Assembly: GCF_006345805.1 (NCBI RefSeq)
Contig: NC_043017.1
Location: 19,654,001 to 19,718,000, forward strand
Reading direction: 5' to 3'
Source: Octopus sinensis
Lineage: Eukaryota
DNA: 64,000 nt
In this document: positions 14,636 through 29,379 of the stretch, in pieces
Numbering within the stretch: the stretch's first letter is position 1
How the letters are laid out: each line of letters starts with the position of its first letter
Notes under the pieces: generated by a model
The model's input: the letters and a program-made list of their open reading frames with translations, nothing else
Told to the model about the DNA's origin: nothing
The model's database searches: none
Position numbers and translations under genes: made by a program

Positions 14636-16753
14636 TTAAAGGAACATAAACACAGGTGTGGCTGTGTGGTAAGAAGCTTGGTTCCCAACCACTAGGTTCC
14701 AGGTTCAATCTCACTGTGTGGCACCTTGGGGCAAGCGTCTTCTACTACAGCCCTGGGCTGACCAAATGCTTGTCAATGGATTTAGTAGATGGAAACAGAA
14801 AGAAGCCTATAGGGCCACAAATTTAGGTTTACTTCTAACAGTTCTTGTCAAAGAAAATGCAAGTGAGAGAAGTCAACTGTCTTCTCAACAAATGAGTTGG
14901 AAACAACAGAATTTTATTGCAACATAACAAAAAATGGCCAAGATCTTCTCTAAGTTAATTTATGAATTAACGATCAAGGATTATTATGAAATATGGCTTA
15001 TGCATTAATATTCATGATTCTAATAATACATACATACACACACATATATGTATACATATGTATATACACACACACACACATATATATGTACACACACACA
15101 TATATATACACACATTTACATTCATTTAATTATAGATATACACATATTTATATATATATTTAACAGATGTCAAATGATATATATATATATAACACACATA
15201 CATACACACACATGTACATATATATACATATACACTATATAAAACATAGTTACACACACATACACGTAAACATTCTGAATTACTGGCTCATACATACATA
15301 TCTATATATACACATGTACACACATTTACATTCATTTATTCATGTAGATATACACATATACATATATTTATGTACATATCATTGAATGGATGTTAAATGA
15401 TACACACACACATACATACATACATACATACATACACACAAGTAAACATTTTAACTTATTGGCTCAATAAGCAACTTATAATTTTCCTGCGCTGCAAACC
15501 CCATCGATTGATGCGTGAATTCAATCAGCCAGCAGACATTTTTACATGCAGCAAGCGTTAAGACAATCCATAAAAGTTACATATCTGTTGGTACCAAACA
15601 GAATCAATAGATAACATCCCAAAATTGATCAGAAGGATGCAGGGTGGGAAGGCGAGTGGGTCTGAGGGGGGAAAGGAGAAAACAGAGGTTTTTTTTTGTT
15701 AAATTTTTGTAATAAATAATAATAAAGGATTCTGTATTTTAACAGGGGTGGGGAAATAATATCAAAGGTTTTGATTTTAGAATACAGATATTCATATCTA
15801 TATATATATATTTGTATCTTTTACTGGTTTCAGTGTTTTGGACTGGGCCATGCTGGAGCACCATCTTGAAACTTTCTAGTTGGACAAATCAAGCCCAGTA
15901 CTTGTCTTTGTATTTTTAAGGCCTGACACTTATTCCATTGGTCACTTTATAATGTTACAGGGATGTAAATAAACCAACACCATGCACATCTACAGCAATA
16001 GCCATGCCGAGGCACCAGCTTGAAGAATTTATAGTTGAATGTACTTTTTTTTTAAGCCTGGTACTATTGATTTCTCTTGCTGAACCGCAAGATCACACGG
16101 ACATAAACACACCAACACCGGTCGTCAAGTGATGATAGTGGGGACAAATACAGACACATGTACATATATATATATATATATACATTTAGATATATGACGG
16201 GCTTCTTTCAGTTTCCATCTGCCAAATCCATTCGCAAGTCTTCGGTTGGCCTAGGGCTATAGTAGAAGACACTTGCCCAAGGTGCCACGCAATGGGACTG
16301 AACTGAAGACCACATTGGTTGGGAAGCAGGTTTCTTAACCACACAACCATGTCAGTGCCTATTGATATACGAATAATTAAATATAAAAAGCGGGGTGTGG
16401 CCAAAGTAGAAGGGTCAGATTGAAAACAGCAAATATAAGATTAACCAAAGTTAAGCATTAAAAAAAAAAAAGAAAGAAATTAAAGAAATAAGTTTAAATA
16501 AACGATAAATCAATAAAATATTCTTGAATATTTTAATCCAAGAACAAGTTTCGAGTTATCATCATCAAAATTTCTGAATTTTGATTTTTCCGTTTATTTT
16601 GGAAACCCCTCCCCAAAAAGCCACACATGTCTGTGTATATATACATACATGTACATGCATGTGTGTACATATGTATGTATGTATGTATGTATGTATATAT
16701 ATATATACATACATGTGTATATATATACATACATATATATATACATACATACA

Positions 16754-16791
<38 letters not shown>

Positions 16792-16806
16792 CTTGTACAT
16801 ATATTC

Positions 16807-16843
<37 letters not shown>

Positions 16844-19184
16844 GACATTTACAGCATAATTTTAATTTAATTAATTTGCAGAAAAAAAAAAAAAAGATAA
16901 ATTAATTAATAAAAATTTTAAATTTTTAAAAAATATATTAAAAGACTGTAATCAGTAAAAAAAAAAAAATCTCAATTTTGGTTTTAAAATATTTTAAAAG
17001 TTCAATGTTTTAAATTGCAATTTCACTATTGTGCAATTAGAAACTGCACAATGAATGAAAAAGAGAACAGCATCAGAAAAAGGTTGGAGGGGGAGGAGGG
17101 AGGGGAATTATTAGCAGTGCTGATGGTAGTGGTAGCTTGGTCGGGGCGTGAGTGTGAGTGAGAGCGTGTGGTGGTTGTAGTGGTAGTGGTGGGGGTATGG
17201 CAGTGAGCAGGGCGATGTGTTCAATTTAACAGAGAAATAACATATTCTTGATATTTCGCATGGTGACGATCTTTTCAAAGTTGATTGATCGACAGATCAA
17301 TCAATCGACTGATGATGATGATAATGAGGAATCAATACTTTGCGATATGTTCCAAGACACATGTCATGTCATGCCATGTATGTTTAAAGCTGAACTGATC
17401 CTTATCTCAATCAGAAACATCCGCAGTTTTTCTTGGGCTCCTCATCGCCCCTGGGTACTGCAGGGTGTCAAGCCCATGGAGCAATTTTTCCTCGTTTGCC
17501 TTTCATTTGATTCAGCGATTAGATTGCTGCCATGCTGGGGCACCACCTCGAAGAATATTTAGTCGAATGAATTGACTCCAGTAATTATTTTTTTAAGCCT
17601 GGATAGGGACACAAGCAAACCAACAATGTTTGTCAGGTGGTGGTAGAGGACAGACACAGTCATAAAGAGACACACACACACATATATATATGGTGGGTTT
17701 CTCTCAGTTTCTGTTCTATCAAATCCACTCACAAGGCTTTAGTAGAAGACACTTGCCCAAGGTGGCACGCAGTGGGACTGAACCTGAAACCATGTGGTTG
17801 GGAAATAAACTTCTTACCACACAGCCATGCCTGCACCAATAAATATGATCCTGAAATATGCCCCAAGTGGATGGGCAGAAGATTTGAAAAAAATCTTTGG
17901 AGTGTTTTTCTCTCCAGCTGGAAGAATTTTGAATTTTGCAATATGGGTATACTAATAAAAGAAAAAAAAAGCTTTGTTAATTTTAATTCACCATGTTAGG
18001 GTGTGTGGGTGGTTGGGGGGGGGGTAAGCTGATGAGACACTCGTTAATTGTAACCTGGTAATACATGTGTGGGGAAGGTAATGAAATGCTTATTACTTTT
18101 AAATTAGCATTATGGTATGTGTGTGTGCAGCGGGGGGGGGTAGATGAGGTGGGGGCAAGAAGATAACAAAACACTTGTTAATTTTAACTTAGTATCGCGT
18201 GTGTGTGGTGGAATGCTAATGAGATGCTCGTTAATTTTAACTTAACGATTGTGTGTGTGTGTGGGGAGATAAGATAACAAAACGCTCATTAATCTTAACT
18301 TAGTATGATTGTGTGTACATGTGTGGGAGGAAGTGAGGGGGGTGGGGAGCCAATTAAGCGCTCGTCAATTTTAATTCAACAAACGGGAGGCTACACTTAC
18401 ACAATACACACTGACTCTAACCCAGCAGGTGGATTCAGGGTGGGACTGTGCACGAGGGTGGCCAAGCTAACAAAACGCTCGTTAAGTTTTATCGTGTGCG
18501 TAGGAGAGGAGCCAATGAAATACTCCTCCTCCTCCTCTTCCTCGAACGTCCGTTTTCCATCCTGGCATGGGTTGGATAGTTTGACCATTGTTATCAAGCT
18601 AGAGGGCAGCATCAGATTCCAGTCTGCTTTGGTTTGGTTTCTACAACTGGGTGCCCTTCCTAATGCCAACCACTTTACAGTGTGTGCTGGGTGCTTTTTA
18701 AAGTGACACTGCCCCAGCACTTTTGACATGGCACCAGCATACAATCCTCATCACCAGGAGTAGTGGCCTTAACATTTCTGCTGTGAAGGACAGGTCTACT
18801 CTACTACTACTACACATCATCATCATCGTGTAACGTCCGCTTTCCATGCTAGCATGGGTTGGACGATTTTGACCGAGGGCTGGTGAACCAGATGGTTGCA
18901 CCAGGCTCCAATCTTGATTTGGCAGAGTTTCTACAGCTGGATGCCCTTCCTAACGCCAACCACTCCGAGAGTGTAGTGGGTGCTTTTTACGTGCCACCAG
19001 CATCAATTTTTTTCTCTCCTTGTTTTTTCTGTGTCCCTTTCTGTAGAAGAGCGTAGGCTCGAAACGTAAAAGACTTTTTCTATTCTTGAGCGTTATACTA
19101 ATACATGTTTGTTTTGTACACCACCTGTCTTCATCTTTTGTTTTTTTTTTTGTAAATTCTCCCTATATATCAATTTTAATTTAA

Positions 19185-19402
19185 CCTTTCAGCATTACAG
19201 ATTATTCTGTCAAATGTGATCTTTATTTATCCACGTTTTGAACTAACAATGCATTATCTCTCAGCTTCATAGTTTTTATGATGGAGGAGTTTATTTTTAG
19301 AATGATATTATAGGACAGGTATGAGGGGCCACATCTGGTCAGTCAGAACATAAAGCAAGTAGGACATTTTGGCCAGATATGGTCAGTTTAAATAGAAAAG
19401 GG
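19185..19402. mobile_element. piggyBac-type MITE (second family)
   Basis: TTAA flanks and AAAGGG terminus. Related copies at 1948-2172, 36912-37080 and ~37205-37395. Confidence 0.65.
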
Positions 19403-19613
19403 TTAAAAAAGATGAGGGTATAGCTATACAACACTCACTCAGAGTGTAATGGAGGAGATGGGATGAGGGAAAAGGGGCCAATGAAGGGTTCAAACACTAA
19501 CTTGATATGGGACGGGGAAGGAGTATGTTATACATGGACTGAACCTAGTACCACGTGGTTGGGAAGCAAACTTGTTACCACACAGCCATGCCTGTATCTA
19601 CAAATGTATATTA

Positions 19614-19991
19614 CCCTTTTACTTGTTTCAGTCGTTTGACTGCGGCCATGCTGGAGCACCGCCTTTAGTTAAGCAAATCGACCCCCGGACTTATTCTTTG
19701 TAAGCCCAGTACTTATTCTATCAGTCTCTTTTGCCGAACCGCTAAGTGACGGGGACATAAACACACCAGCATCAGTTGTCAAGCAATTCTAGGGGGACAA
19801 ACACAGACATACACACACACATATATACGACGGGCTTCTTTCAGTTTCCATCTACCAAATCCACTCACAAGGCTTTGGTCGGCCCGAGGCTATAGTAGAA
19901 GACTCTTGCCCAAGGTGCCACGCAGTGGGACTGAACCCGGAACCATGTGGTTGGTTAGCAAGCTACTTACCACACAGCCACTCCTGCGCCT
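19614..19991 (-). mobile_element. tRNA-derived SINE family A, full length
   Basis: Reverse-complement match to 36383-36783. Confidence 0.85.
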
Positions 19992-21589
19992 ATATGTATT
20001 TCCCAAAATTTTTTATTTTTATTTTTCTACTGCAGGAAAAATTAATAAATTAATAAACCTGCAACGAGATACTGAGCAAAAAACAAAAATATATAAACGA
20101 ATAAAATAAAAAGAACAAAACAAAATGAGAGGAAACGGAACAGAGATTGCGGTGTGGTTAAATTTATGTTAATTAGATATCGTTGTATTTTAGCAGCATT
20201 CAGTGATCACACAGCAAACTTTTATTACAGAGAAATAGTGGTAGCAGTGGTGCGGCTGTGCAGGAGGATGAGGGTGAGGTGCAGCAAGAGGGGAGGGGGA
20301 TCGAAGCCGAGGAGGAGGAGGAGGAGCAGTAGGAACAGGAGAGAAGGGGGTTAATTCTCATTAGAAAAAAACAACAACAACAACAATAATAATAATGATA
20401 ATAATAATAATAATAATGAGCACCACCAAATGAAATAATGCAATACAAGTCAATGTTTTTGCCAACTGCTGCACTCTTGCAGAAGTTTAGTCCATTTTAT
20501 TTGGTTGGCAATATTATATTTATTTGGATGGCTTCCATTTTTGGTTATAGATTCCTTGAAAACACCTCCCCCCCACCCACGACGACCACTACCACTTCAC
20601 CCTTCTAGCCACCACCACCACCACCATCGCCATCTCAGCCTTTCCATCCATTCCGCTCCATCAGCTTCTCTTGATCCTTTCGTTACTATTAACATAGCTA
20701 CTACTACTGTGACTGCCACTCCCATTACTACTACTACTAGTATCACTACTATCACCACCACCATCACATCCATATGTACAGATACTGTATTATTGTAAGG
20801 AGCAGATTCCTTTTATTCCTCTCTCTCTCTCCAGTTTTTTTAGCCCTAGGCAGCCTCCTCAATCAAAGGCATTCCACCTTTGACCATCCTGCGTTTTTGA
20901 GGTGTTTTCTTTTCCTTCATATTCATCTTTATATAATCTCAGACTATAGTTTGAAGATGAAACGAAGTGAATGGAAGAAGATTTGACTTATTTCTAGCAG
21001 CATGAATGACCATGTAAAGATTGTGTCATTTGAATCTCTCTCTCTCTCGCTTGCCCTGTCGTAATTATTAAGACAGGGCTTCAGTATCTGGTATATGTAA
21101 TTTATTCTTCTGATACTTCCAGATACTAACCAAGATATTGAACACATATCTTCTGAGAAGACCAATTAAAAATCTACTAAAGAGGAAAGAAATTGCAAAA
21201 TTCTTCAATAATAATAATAATTACTCTCTTTTACTTGTTTCAGTCATTTGACTGCGGCCATGCTGGAGCACCGCCTTTAATCGAGCAACTCGACCCCGGG
21301 ACTTATTCTTTTTTTTTGTAAGCCCAGTACTTATTCTATTGGTCTCTTTGGCCGAACTGCTAAGTAACGGGGACATAAACACACCGGCATCGGTTGTCAA
21401 GCAATGCTAGGGGGACAAACACAGACACACACACATATATATATATATACATATATACGATGGGCTTCTTTTCAGTTTCCGTATACCAAATCCACTCACA
21501 AGGCTTTGGTTGGCCCGAGGCTATAGTAGAAGACACTTGCCCAAGGTGCCACGCAGTGGGACTAATAATAATAATAATCCTTTTTTAAT

Positions 21590-22280
21590 ATAGGCACAAG
21601 GTCTGAAACTTTAGGGTTAGTCAATTACATCAACCCCAGAAGAAATGCAGATAAGCATTTTGCCTGGTGTGCGAACAATTCCGCCTGCTCATCACCTAAA
21701 TTTTGCAGTGAGGGGATTGGGGGTTAGTCAACTACATTGACCCCAAAAAGGATGAAAGGCAAAGTTGAGCTCGGTGGAATTTGAACTCAGATTGTAAAAG
21801 CTGGAAGAAATTCTTTTTAAGCATGGGTTTCAAATTATGGCACAGGGCCGGCAATTTCGGGGGGAAGGGTTGAGTTGATTACATCGACACCAGAGCTCAA
21901 CTGGTACTCAATCTATTGGCCCTGAAGGGATGAAAGGTAAAGTCGACCTTGGCAGAATTTGAACTCGAAATGCCACTAAGCATGCTGCCCAGCACAGTAA
22001 TGATTCTACCAGCTCACCGCCTTTAATAATAATAATAATAATAATGATAATAATAATCCTTTCTACTAAAGGCACAGGGACTGAAATTTGGGGGGTGGGG
22101 ACAAGTTGATTGCATTGACCCCCCCCCAGTGTTTCACTGGTACTTAGTTTATTGAGCCTGAAAGGATGAAAGTCAAAGGTGACCTTGGTGGAGTTTGAAC
22201 TCAGAATATGAAGACAGACGAAATGTCACTAAGCATAAGCATTTTGCCCTGCGTGCTAACAATTCTGCTAGCTTGCTGCC

Positions 22281-22320
<40 letters not shown>

Positions 22321-22475
22321 TGATGATGATCCTTTCTACTATAGGCACAAGGCCTGAAATTTGGGGGGAGGGGACAGTCTATTATATCGACCCCAGTACT
22401 TGACTGGTACTTATTTCATTGACCCTGAAAGGATGAAAGACAAAGTCAACCTTGGTGGAATTTGAACTCAGAACA
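21590..22475 (-). mobile_element. Cluster of SINE family B copies separated by (AAT)n
   Basis: About four same-orientation copies of the ...aggatgaaaggcaaagtcgacc...ggaatttgaactcag motif. Confidence 0.75.
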
Positions 22476-22508
22476 TAATAATAATAATAAAAATAATAAT
22501 AATAATAT

Positions 22509-22539
<31 letters not shown>

Positions 22540-22646
22540 TATTATTATTATTATATATATATACATGGCTTACCAGACCCCGGTCGAACCGGCCAACCCA
22601 TGCTAGCATGGAAAACGGACATTAAATGATTATGATGATGCTGATG

Positions 22647-22715
<69 letters not shown>

Positions 22716-22859
22716 CTGCCCTGTGGCAATGATCATGGAAGAAGTGACTAGACATAGCAATTCCATTTATATTGTGATGTATGAAGACTTTATGATTAGG
22801 TTTTATATTTTATGCGGTAAAAGCTTTCAAATGCACATTAGAGATGGGTTGGGTGCTAG

Positions 22860-22897
<38 letters not shown>

Positions 22898-23858
22898 TGA
22901 TGGCTGGATGGCTAAAAATATAGACAGGCAGATTGATGGGTAAATATGTAGAGAGACACACCATGGGGATAGATAACGTAACTAGATGGATAGATAGGTA
23001 AATAGATAAACAGACAGATATATTGACCAATAGATGGATAGATAGATAGATAGATAGACAGGTATACTGATTGATAGACAAAGACAAAAAGACAATAGCT
23101 ACAAGTGCCAATCATAAGTACAATAAATATTCAGACAAGAAATTATTTTATCGAGGTTTTCATTGCACAAAACAATTATTGTTATTTATAAAAATAAAGA
23201 AAAAGAAAATGAAGGAAAAAAAAATGAAAAATCTGAAATCACCAAAAACTGAAGAACAGAGAAAAATTGCATTAAGTGGTGCAACAGTGCACCTAAGTTG
23301 ATGCAAAATGACTTAAAAACTAAAATCTAAATAAATAGACTGCAGTCTTTCTTCTTCCAAATAGTATTTTCTTTTGTTTGTTTTTTGGTTTTTAAAATAA
23401 ATAAATATCAAAGTTCCTAAAGAATCAGGAGACAGCACTTAGACATTAAAAAAAATTCCTTTGTTTTTGTTTAAAGAAATTTGGAGAAAAATAAACAATA
23501 AAATGAAATAAAATTAAATTAAAACAAAAAAAGGACAAAGTTTTAACAGGTCTGAAAAATAATTCTCAAATTAGATCTTAGAAATGATTTTCTTGCAAAA
23601 AAATGAGAAAGTTCTAATTTAATTTAGTTTTTATTATTGTAAAAACAATTTAAATGATTGTTAAAATATGAAGCAAAAAAAAAAAAAAATCCCTTCACAG
23701 AGAAACTTTAACTTAAAGTGAAACTGTGTCTACCAGTTTCACTGATAAGGATATAACAATTGTTTAGTTCAGTGAACTACCTTTTGTTTTAATCAGAAGT
23801 GGTTGCGTATTCCACAGACTTATTCTTAATCTAACATACGAGTAGAAATAGTGTAGAC

Positions 23859-24601
23859 CAGTGATTCTCAACCCTTTTTTTACCTGTGGATCCCTTTGAT
23901 TTCTATTTCACCAAGGTGGACTCTCATATCTATTCAAGGGGCTTTAACTTTGTGGTTCCCAACCATTTTCCCCCTATGGACACCTTTGATCCCTATTTTA
24001 TTCAGGTAGACTCTCATAACCATTCGATGTTTAAAAAACCGTATTATATTTTTTACTATTATATATTAGCCGGAAATGTATTTTAAAAAAAATTGTTAAA
24101 AACATTTGGTGTTTGTTGAAGTATAAACAATTTATTGCTTACTAGCAGTATCGCCCGGCGTTGCTTGGGTTTGTTTCAACCCTTTAGAATTGGAATTTTT
24201 GAAAAGTAAAAATTTTGCATTATGTAGCTTGTTAGTCTTTTTAAGTGAACATTTTTCTGCTTGAAATACACCGAAAAATGGCGACACAGCAGTCAAAAAA
24301 TTGTAAAAAATAGGGATTTTCATAGAAAAAAAAGCACCTTTTTGATGTAAATAATTTTTGGTGTAAACATGGTCCGATTTGAATTTTATCTTCTACGGAA
24401 TGAAGAGCAAGCCTTCTTCTATCATACTCTCAATTTTGGTCAACTTGCGCCGCAGGGTCTCGGAGGAGATAGTGTTAGTTGAAGGCTACCAAACCTGCCA
24501 TACACAGACAACTTCAGTTTTATATATATAGAGATAAATTTTAACAACAAAATCTCATACGGGCCTCCACAGGTCATGTGGACCCTAGTTGTAAATGACT
24601 G
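23859..24601. mobile_element. hAT-type MITE interrupted by a Helitron
   Basis: Starts CAGTGATTCTCAACC and ends with degenerate gttgtaaatgactg. The 8-bp TSD is gtgtagac/gtgtaggc. Confidence 0.65.
24142..24534 (-). mobile_element. Non-autonomous Helitron
   Basis: Minus strand starts TC and ends with hairpin ccc-aagcaacgcc-ggg followed by CTAG. Inserted at A|T (24141/24535). ACAGAC/TA-rich 5' end. Confidence 0.75.
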
Positions 24602-27600
24602 GTGTAGGCTGAAGCTGCTTTATGTGTTGGAGTAAGTGCATGCATAGATATATACATATATATATATTATATATATATGTAGGTAATAATAATGATAAGC
24701 TTAGAAGAAATGAAGGCATTATTCCTTAATATATTTACTTATTGGTAAAGAATATTATCAAAATTTCCAAGGAAATGGAATGAAATTTAATAAAAATAAA
24801 AGAAAATAGAATCAAATATTTGTCATTATACTTAAGAATCTTTCATCTTGCACTTGTGTCGCTACTCTCTTTTACTCTTTTACTTGTTTCAGTCATTTGA
24901 CTGTGGCCATGCTGGAGCCCCACCTTTAGTGGAACAAACTGACTCCAAGACTTATAATTTGTAAGCCTAGTACTTATTCGTCAGGCTCTTTTGCCGAACC
25001 ACTAAGTTACAGGGATGTAAACAAAGAAACATCAGTTGTCAAGCGATGGTGGTGGTGGTGGGGACACAAACATATATTTAAAACGAGCTTCTTTCAGTTT
25101 CCGTCTACCAAATCCACTCACAAGGCTTTGGTCAGCCCAAGGCAATAGTAGAAGATAGTTGCCCAAGGTGCCATGCAGTGGGGCTGAACCCAGAACCATG
25201 TGGTTGGGAAGCAAGCTTCTTACCACACAGCCACTCCTGTGCCTATACTAAAGCCAAGGCTCCAGAGTTCTGTACACTACCCAAAATACTTTTATTCCTA
25301 AATATGTGTGGTGTGTTTAGTAGGATTGCTGTCAATTTTTCAGTTGTTCAATCTACAAAATTACCCAAGATAAATGGCTGAATCTACCACAGATACATGT
25401 ATGTACCATTAATGCAATACCCATACAGAATCAATGTGATACAGTCTAAATGACAAGGGTGGTCTCTCTGACAAATGGGGCACACAGGTAATAAATGTAA
25501 AGGGCTTCAAAACAGTTTCCATTAACCGGTTTTGCTTACAAGGGGGTGTGGATACAATAGAAGATGCTTGCCTAAATTATCTATCAATGGGACTGAACCC
25601 AAGACCTCAGGAATGCAAAAAGAAATTCCTAACCATCTGACCATGCCCACACCACCCACACATGATAGACATCTTTCATTTTCTATCTACAAAATCCACT
25701 TTCGAGGCTTTGATTGACCTGGGGCTATAGTACGAACCTCTTATCCAAAGCACTGCGCATGGATGGGAAGCAAGCTTGTAGGACAATAATTCTAGTTTAC
25801 AACCAACATGTAATGTCTTGACAAAAGTCACGCACAAAAATATACGATGGGCTTCTTTCAGTTTCCCTCTACCAAATTTACTCACAAGGCTTTGGTCAGA
25901 CCAGGGCAACAGAAAAAGACACTTGCCCAATGTGCCAAACAGTGGGACTGAACCTGAAACCATAAGGTTGGAAAACAAGCTTCTTAACCTATAACCATAC
26001 TTGTAACTGCTTAAATTAATTTCGTAAAACCAAACTGAGAAGTTATCAATATATTTCACAAACTATACTTTCTATCACTGTTACGATATTTAATTAAGTT
26101 GACACTGCTGATTAAAGTTAATATTTCATTAGATTAATCGCTATATATAATATTTCTTAAGTAAACATTGATTTGATCTAAGTTAAAATATCTTGTTAAA
26201 TTAATTGACAGTTTAATTCAATTTAAATAAAGATTTCGTTTTGGGATTTACATAGCAAAGTTTAATAATTATTTCCTTTTAATCTATTAAAATATTTTAA
26301 ATATTCTCTAAATTGGATAATTATGCCAAATTAATAAGATTTTCTCATGAATAATGAAAACAGAGAATGTGTTGAAATACATATAAAGAAACAGAACCCA
26401 AACAAATTCCAAAAATCTCCAAAAGTTCTTTAAAAATAAACTTGCCTTATGATATTGTGAATTCCAAACTGTTCCGTATTCATAACAGGTTTGAAAATCC
26501 ATCGTGTCCATTTTGGATGTAAACTGGGAATTTCCTTTCCCAGGAAACTCTTGTTGTTGTTGTTGTTGTTGTTAGTATTATTAATTTATCAGTTTTTGTT
26601 TGTTTCCATTAGGGAAGGGGAAAATATGTAAAAAAAAAAAATTTTTTTAAATACTAGCGCAAAAATTGAAGAGATGTTTGAAAACTGCTGAATCTTGAAT
26701 CTTTGTTTAGTTTATACGTTTTTCATGTCAAACATGCAATATGCTACAAGTGACTTTATAACTGTTCTGTTGCTATGGTAACAAGGAGCATCAGGAAAAA
26801 AAAAAACCGGGGAGGGGGATGAAGGCAGGAGGGGGGAGACAAAAAGATGGAGAGAATGGATCAGGTTCAATTGTAATAATTTGGGAGCACTTTATGTAGT
26901 AGACAATTTTCCCCTGTACATCATATATATATATACAGAGAGAGAGGTATCCACAAATCTGTCTGCGCAAGAAGGGACAGAAACCTTTTTAGTTCCAAGG
27001 AAGATCTTCTGGAGCAACAAAGAATAGCCAAATACAACTGATATGTATATATATATATTTATATATGTATATATTATATTATATGTATATGCACATGTAT
27101 GCATGTATATATTTTATGTATATGGGTATATATTATCATTTGTCATAGAAATTGTAGCAGGAACAACTGAGAAATTCTGCGATGTTTCTTCACAGAGCAA
27201 ACTCCAAAGAAATGACAAAAAAACTAAAGTAATGATAGAATGTAATTAAGGATTTGAAGAATTTATCTCTGATGAGAGTAGGTATATATATAGAGAGAGA
27301 AAGAAATGGATAGAGACATATAGGGAGAGAGAGAGGGGGGTACAGAAAAGATAAGGAAGTTAAACAAGGAAGGGTGAGCAATACAAGGTGCCGTACATAT
27401 TATGAAGATAACTTTTGAGGTGGATTTATCTATGTTCTACAAGTATTCACAGAGCAAAGACATTTTCATTGAAGCATAGAGAGAGAGAGAGGAAGAGAGA
27501 GAGAAAGGAAGAGAGAAAGAGAGGAAGAGAGAAAAAGCAGAGATAGAGGGGGGGGCTGTGAGATAATTCAAGAGGTTAAGATTGGAAGGATGGTGATAAG

Positions 27601-29157
27601 AAGCGGCAGAGTACAAAAATATAAAAGTGGCCAAGACCCACTTTTAACCATCCCTCCTCCCTCCCACCTGCTCTCAACTCTGGGGTCAGTTAGCGAAAGT
27701 AACCCTCTTTTTCTCTAAGCAAATTTTAGTTTGAACCTAATTCATAACCCCCTCCCTCCCAAAAAAACGACCTCCACCAATGAATCAAACTCAAACATTA
27801 TTGCTTATTCAGTATTTAAGAAAATAAAAAAAAAAAACAGAAAAAGTTATTGATGTTGTGTTGACTGTTAAAGACAAATTAGTTCATGTCAAGAGACGTG
27901 AGATTATTCGTTTTTAACAGTGGAGCTTGAAGTAGATAAGGCTATATAAATAGCATGTTAATACTCAGTTAAAAATCTTTTAAGATTGAAAAAAAGTTTC
28001 TAAAATGGAGAGAGAATTTCATTGGATTGCTGTGAGTTCATATCCCATGGACAACTTTTGATTTGTCCAAAGAGTTGCTTTTTTCTTTTGTTAACCAAAT
28101 ATTAAGATGGGTTAACAAAACTTCAAGATTCAATGATAAAAACAACAAAAAAAAATGGAAACTGATGTGATATATTTACAAATTGAAGATTGCAGAAAGA
28201 TATTTAATCAAGTTGCAGTTGATTAAAAAAACAAGAAAGGTGTATTTATAGATTTATTTCTGGAAGTGACAGATTTAGAGCTGGCACAGAAAAACTATGA
28301 CATCTAGACATCCCACAGATACTAAACTAACTGGTTGGCTGGCTGGTAATCTATACTGATTCTTGGAGCAAAAACCTCGAAATATATCTGCTTTCTTGGC
28401 CTAAAAACAGAACAAGATATCTTTGAAACACTCTCAGAATTTAGATTGGAGACATGATAGAATTCAGATATCTTGTAAAGCTTATCTAGAAGTATGTAAC
28501 GAAGTTAGAAACGAACTACTAATTAATTCTTAATTCTTGCTTTTTTTTTTGTTTTTTGTTTTATGAAGTATATTTGGTAAGACTAGTGAGTGACAGATTT
28601 AGTAATATTAATGCTGATACTAATAATGTTTTCCATTCAGCGTTATCAACCCTTAATCCCTTAACATATGCACTTCATTTATTATATTCACCCCTTCACT
28701 TATTCCCCATCTCATATCATCCCTCATCTTCACCCATACACTTGCTCCCTACTCACTTCTACCCCCTTTGTGCCTTAGGGTCCACCCTCGCACCTCATCA
28801 CCATTATTTTATCTCTTTCTCCAGCTCCACCCCTGTTACTCTCATCCTAACTCCCTACAAAGGAAGCATATATTTTTCCCTCTACAACAAGAAACCTGTT
28901 CTGTCCTGGACCCCTGGGGGCAGTGGAAAGATCCAGTGGGGGCATTGAAGAAAAGTGATGTGATAACGAGGTGGCCAAAAAAAGTAGGTGGGCGGGGTGA
29001 AGGGTGGGGGGGGGCAATAGTTGTATAAACAGCAAAATAATGGGTTAATTAGGTTAAAATTTAATTGAGAAATACTGTTGTTCTGAATTTGATGCAGAAA
29101 GTGTTAGTGAGTGGGGTTGCAGGAACCCCTGGAAAATTTTGGGAACCACAGTTTTAA

Positions 29158-29379
29158 CCCTTTCGTTACCAGCCCGGCTGAAACTGGCCCTGGCTCTGAG
29201 TACAAATGTCTTGTTTTCATTAGTTTTGAATCAAAATCTTCCACCAAACCTTAGTCACAATTTATGTTGCTAACACTAGCTTGATGATAACTAAGTTATT
29301 TTACTAAATTCTTTGTCATATTTAGAATTAATTGAAAAAAAACACAGAGCACCTCAACAGAAATATGGTAACAAAAGGG
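29158..29379. mobile_element. piggyBac-type MITE
   Basis: TTAA|CCCTTTCGTTACC ... GGTAACAAAAGGG|TTAA. A partial duplicate of its right part follows to ~29547. Confidence 0.8.

Noticed and set aside
23720-23770. CTGATAA-GG...ACAATTGT resembling the 57-kb HHR
   Set aside because: G8 and GAAA are missing and there is no stem I pairing.
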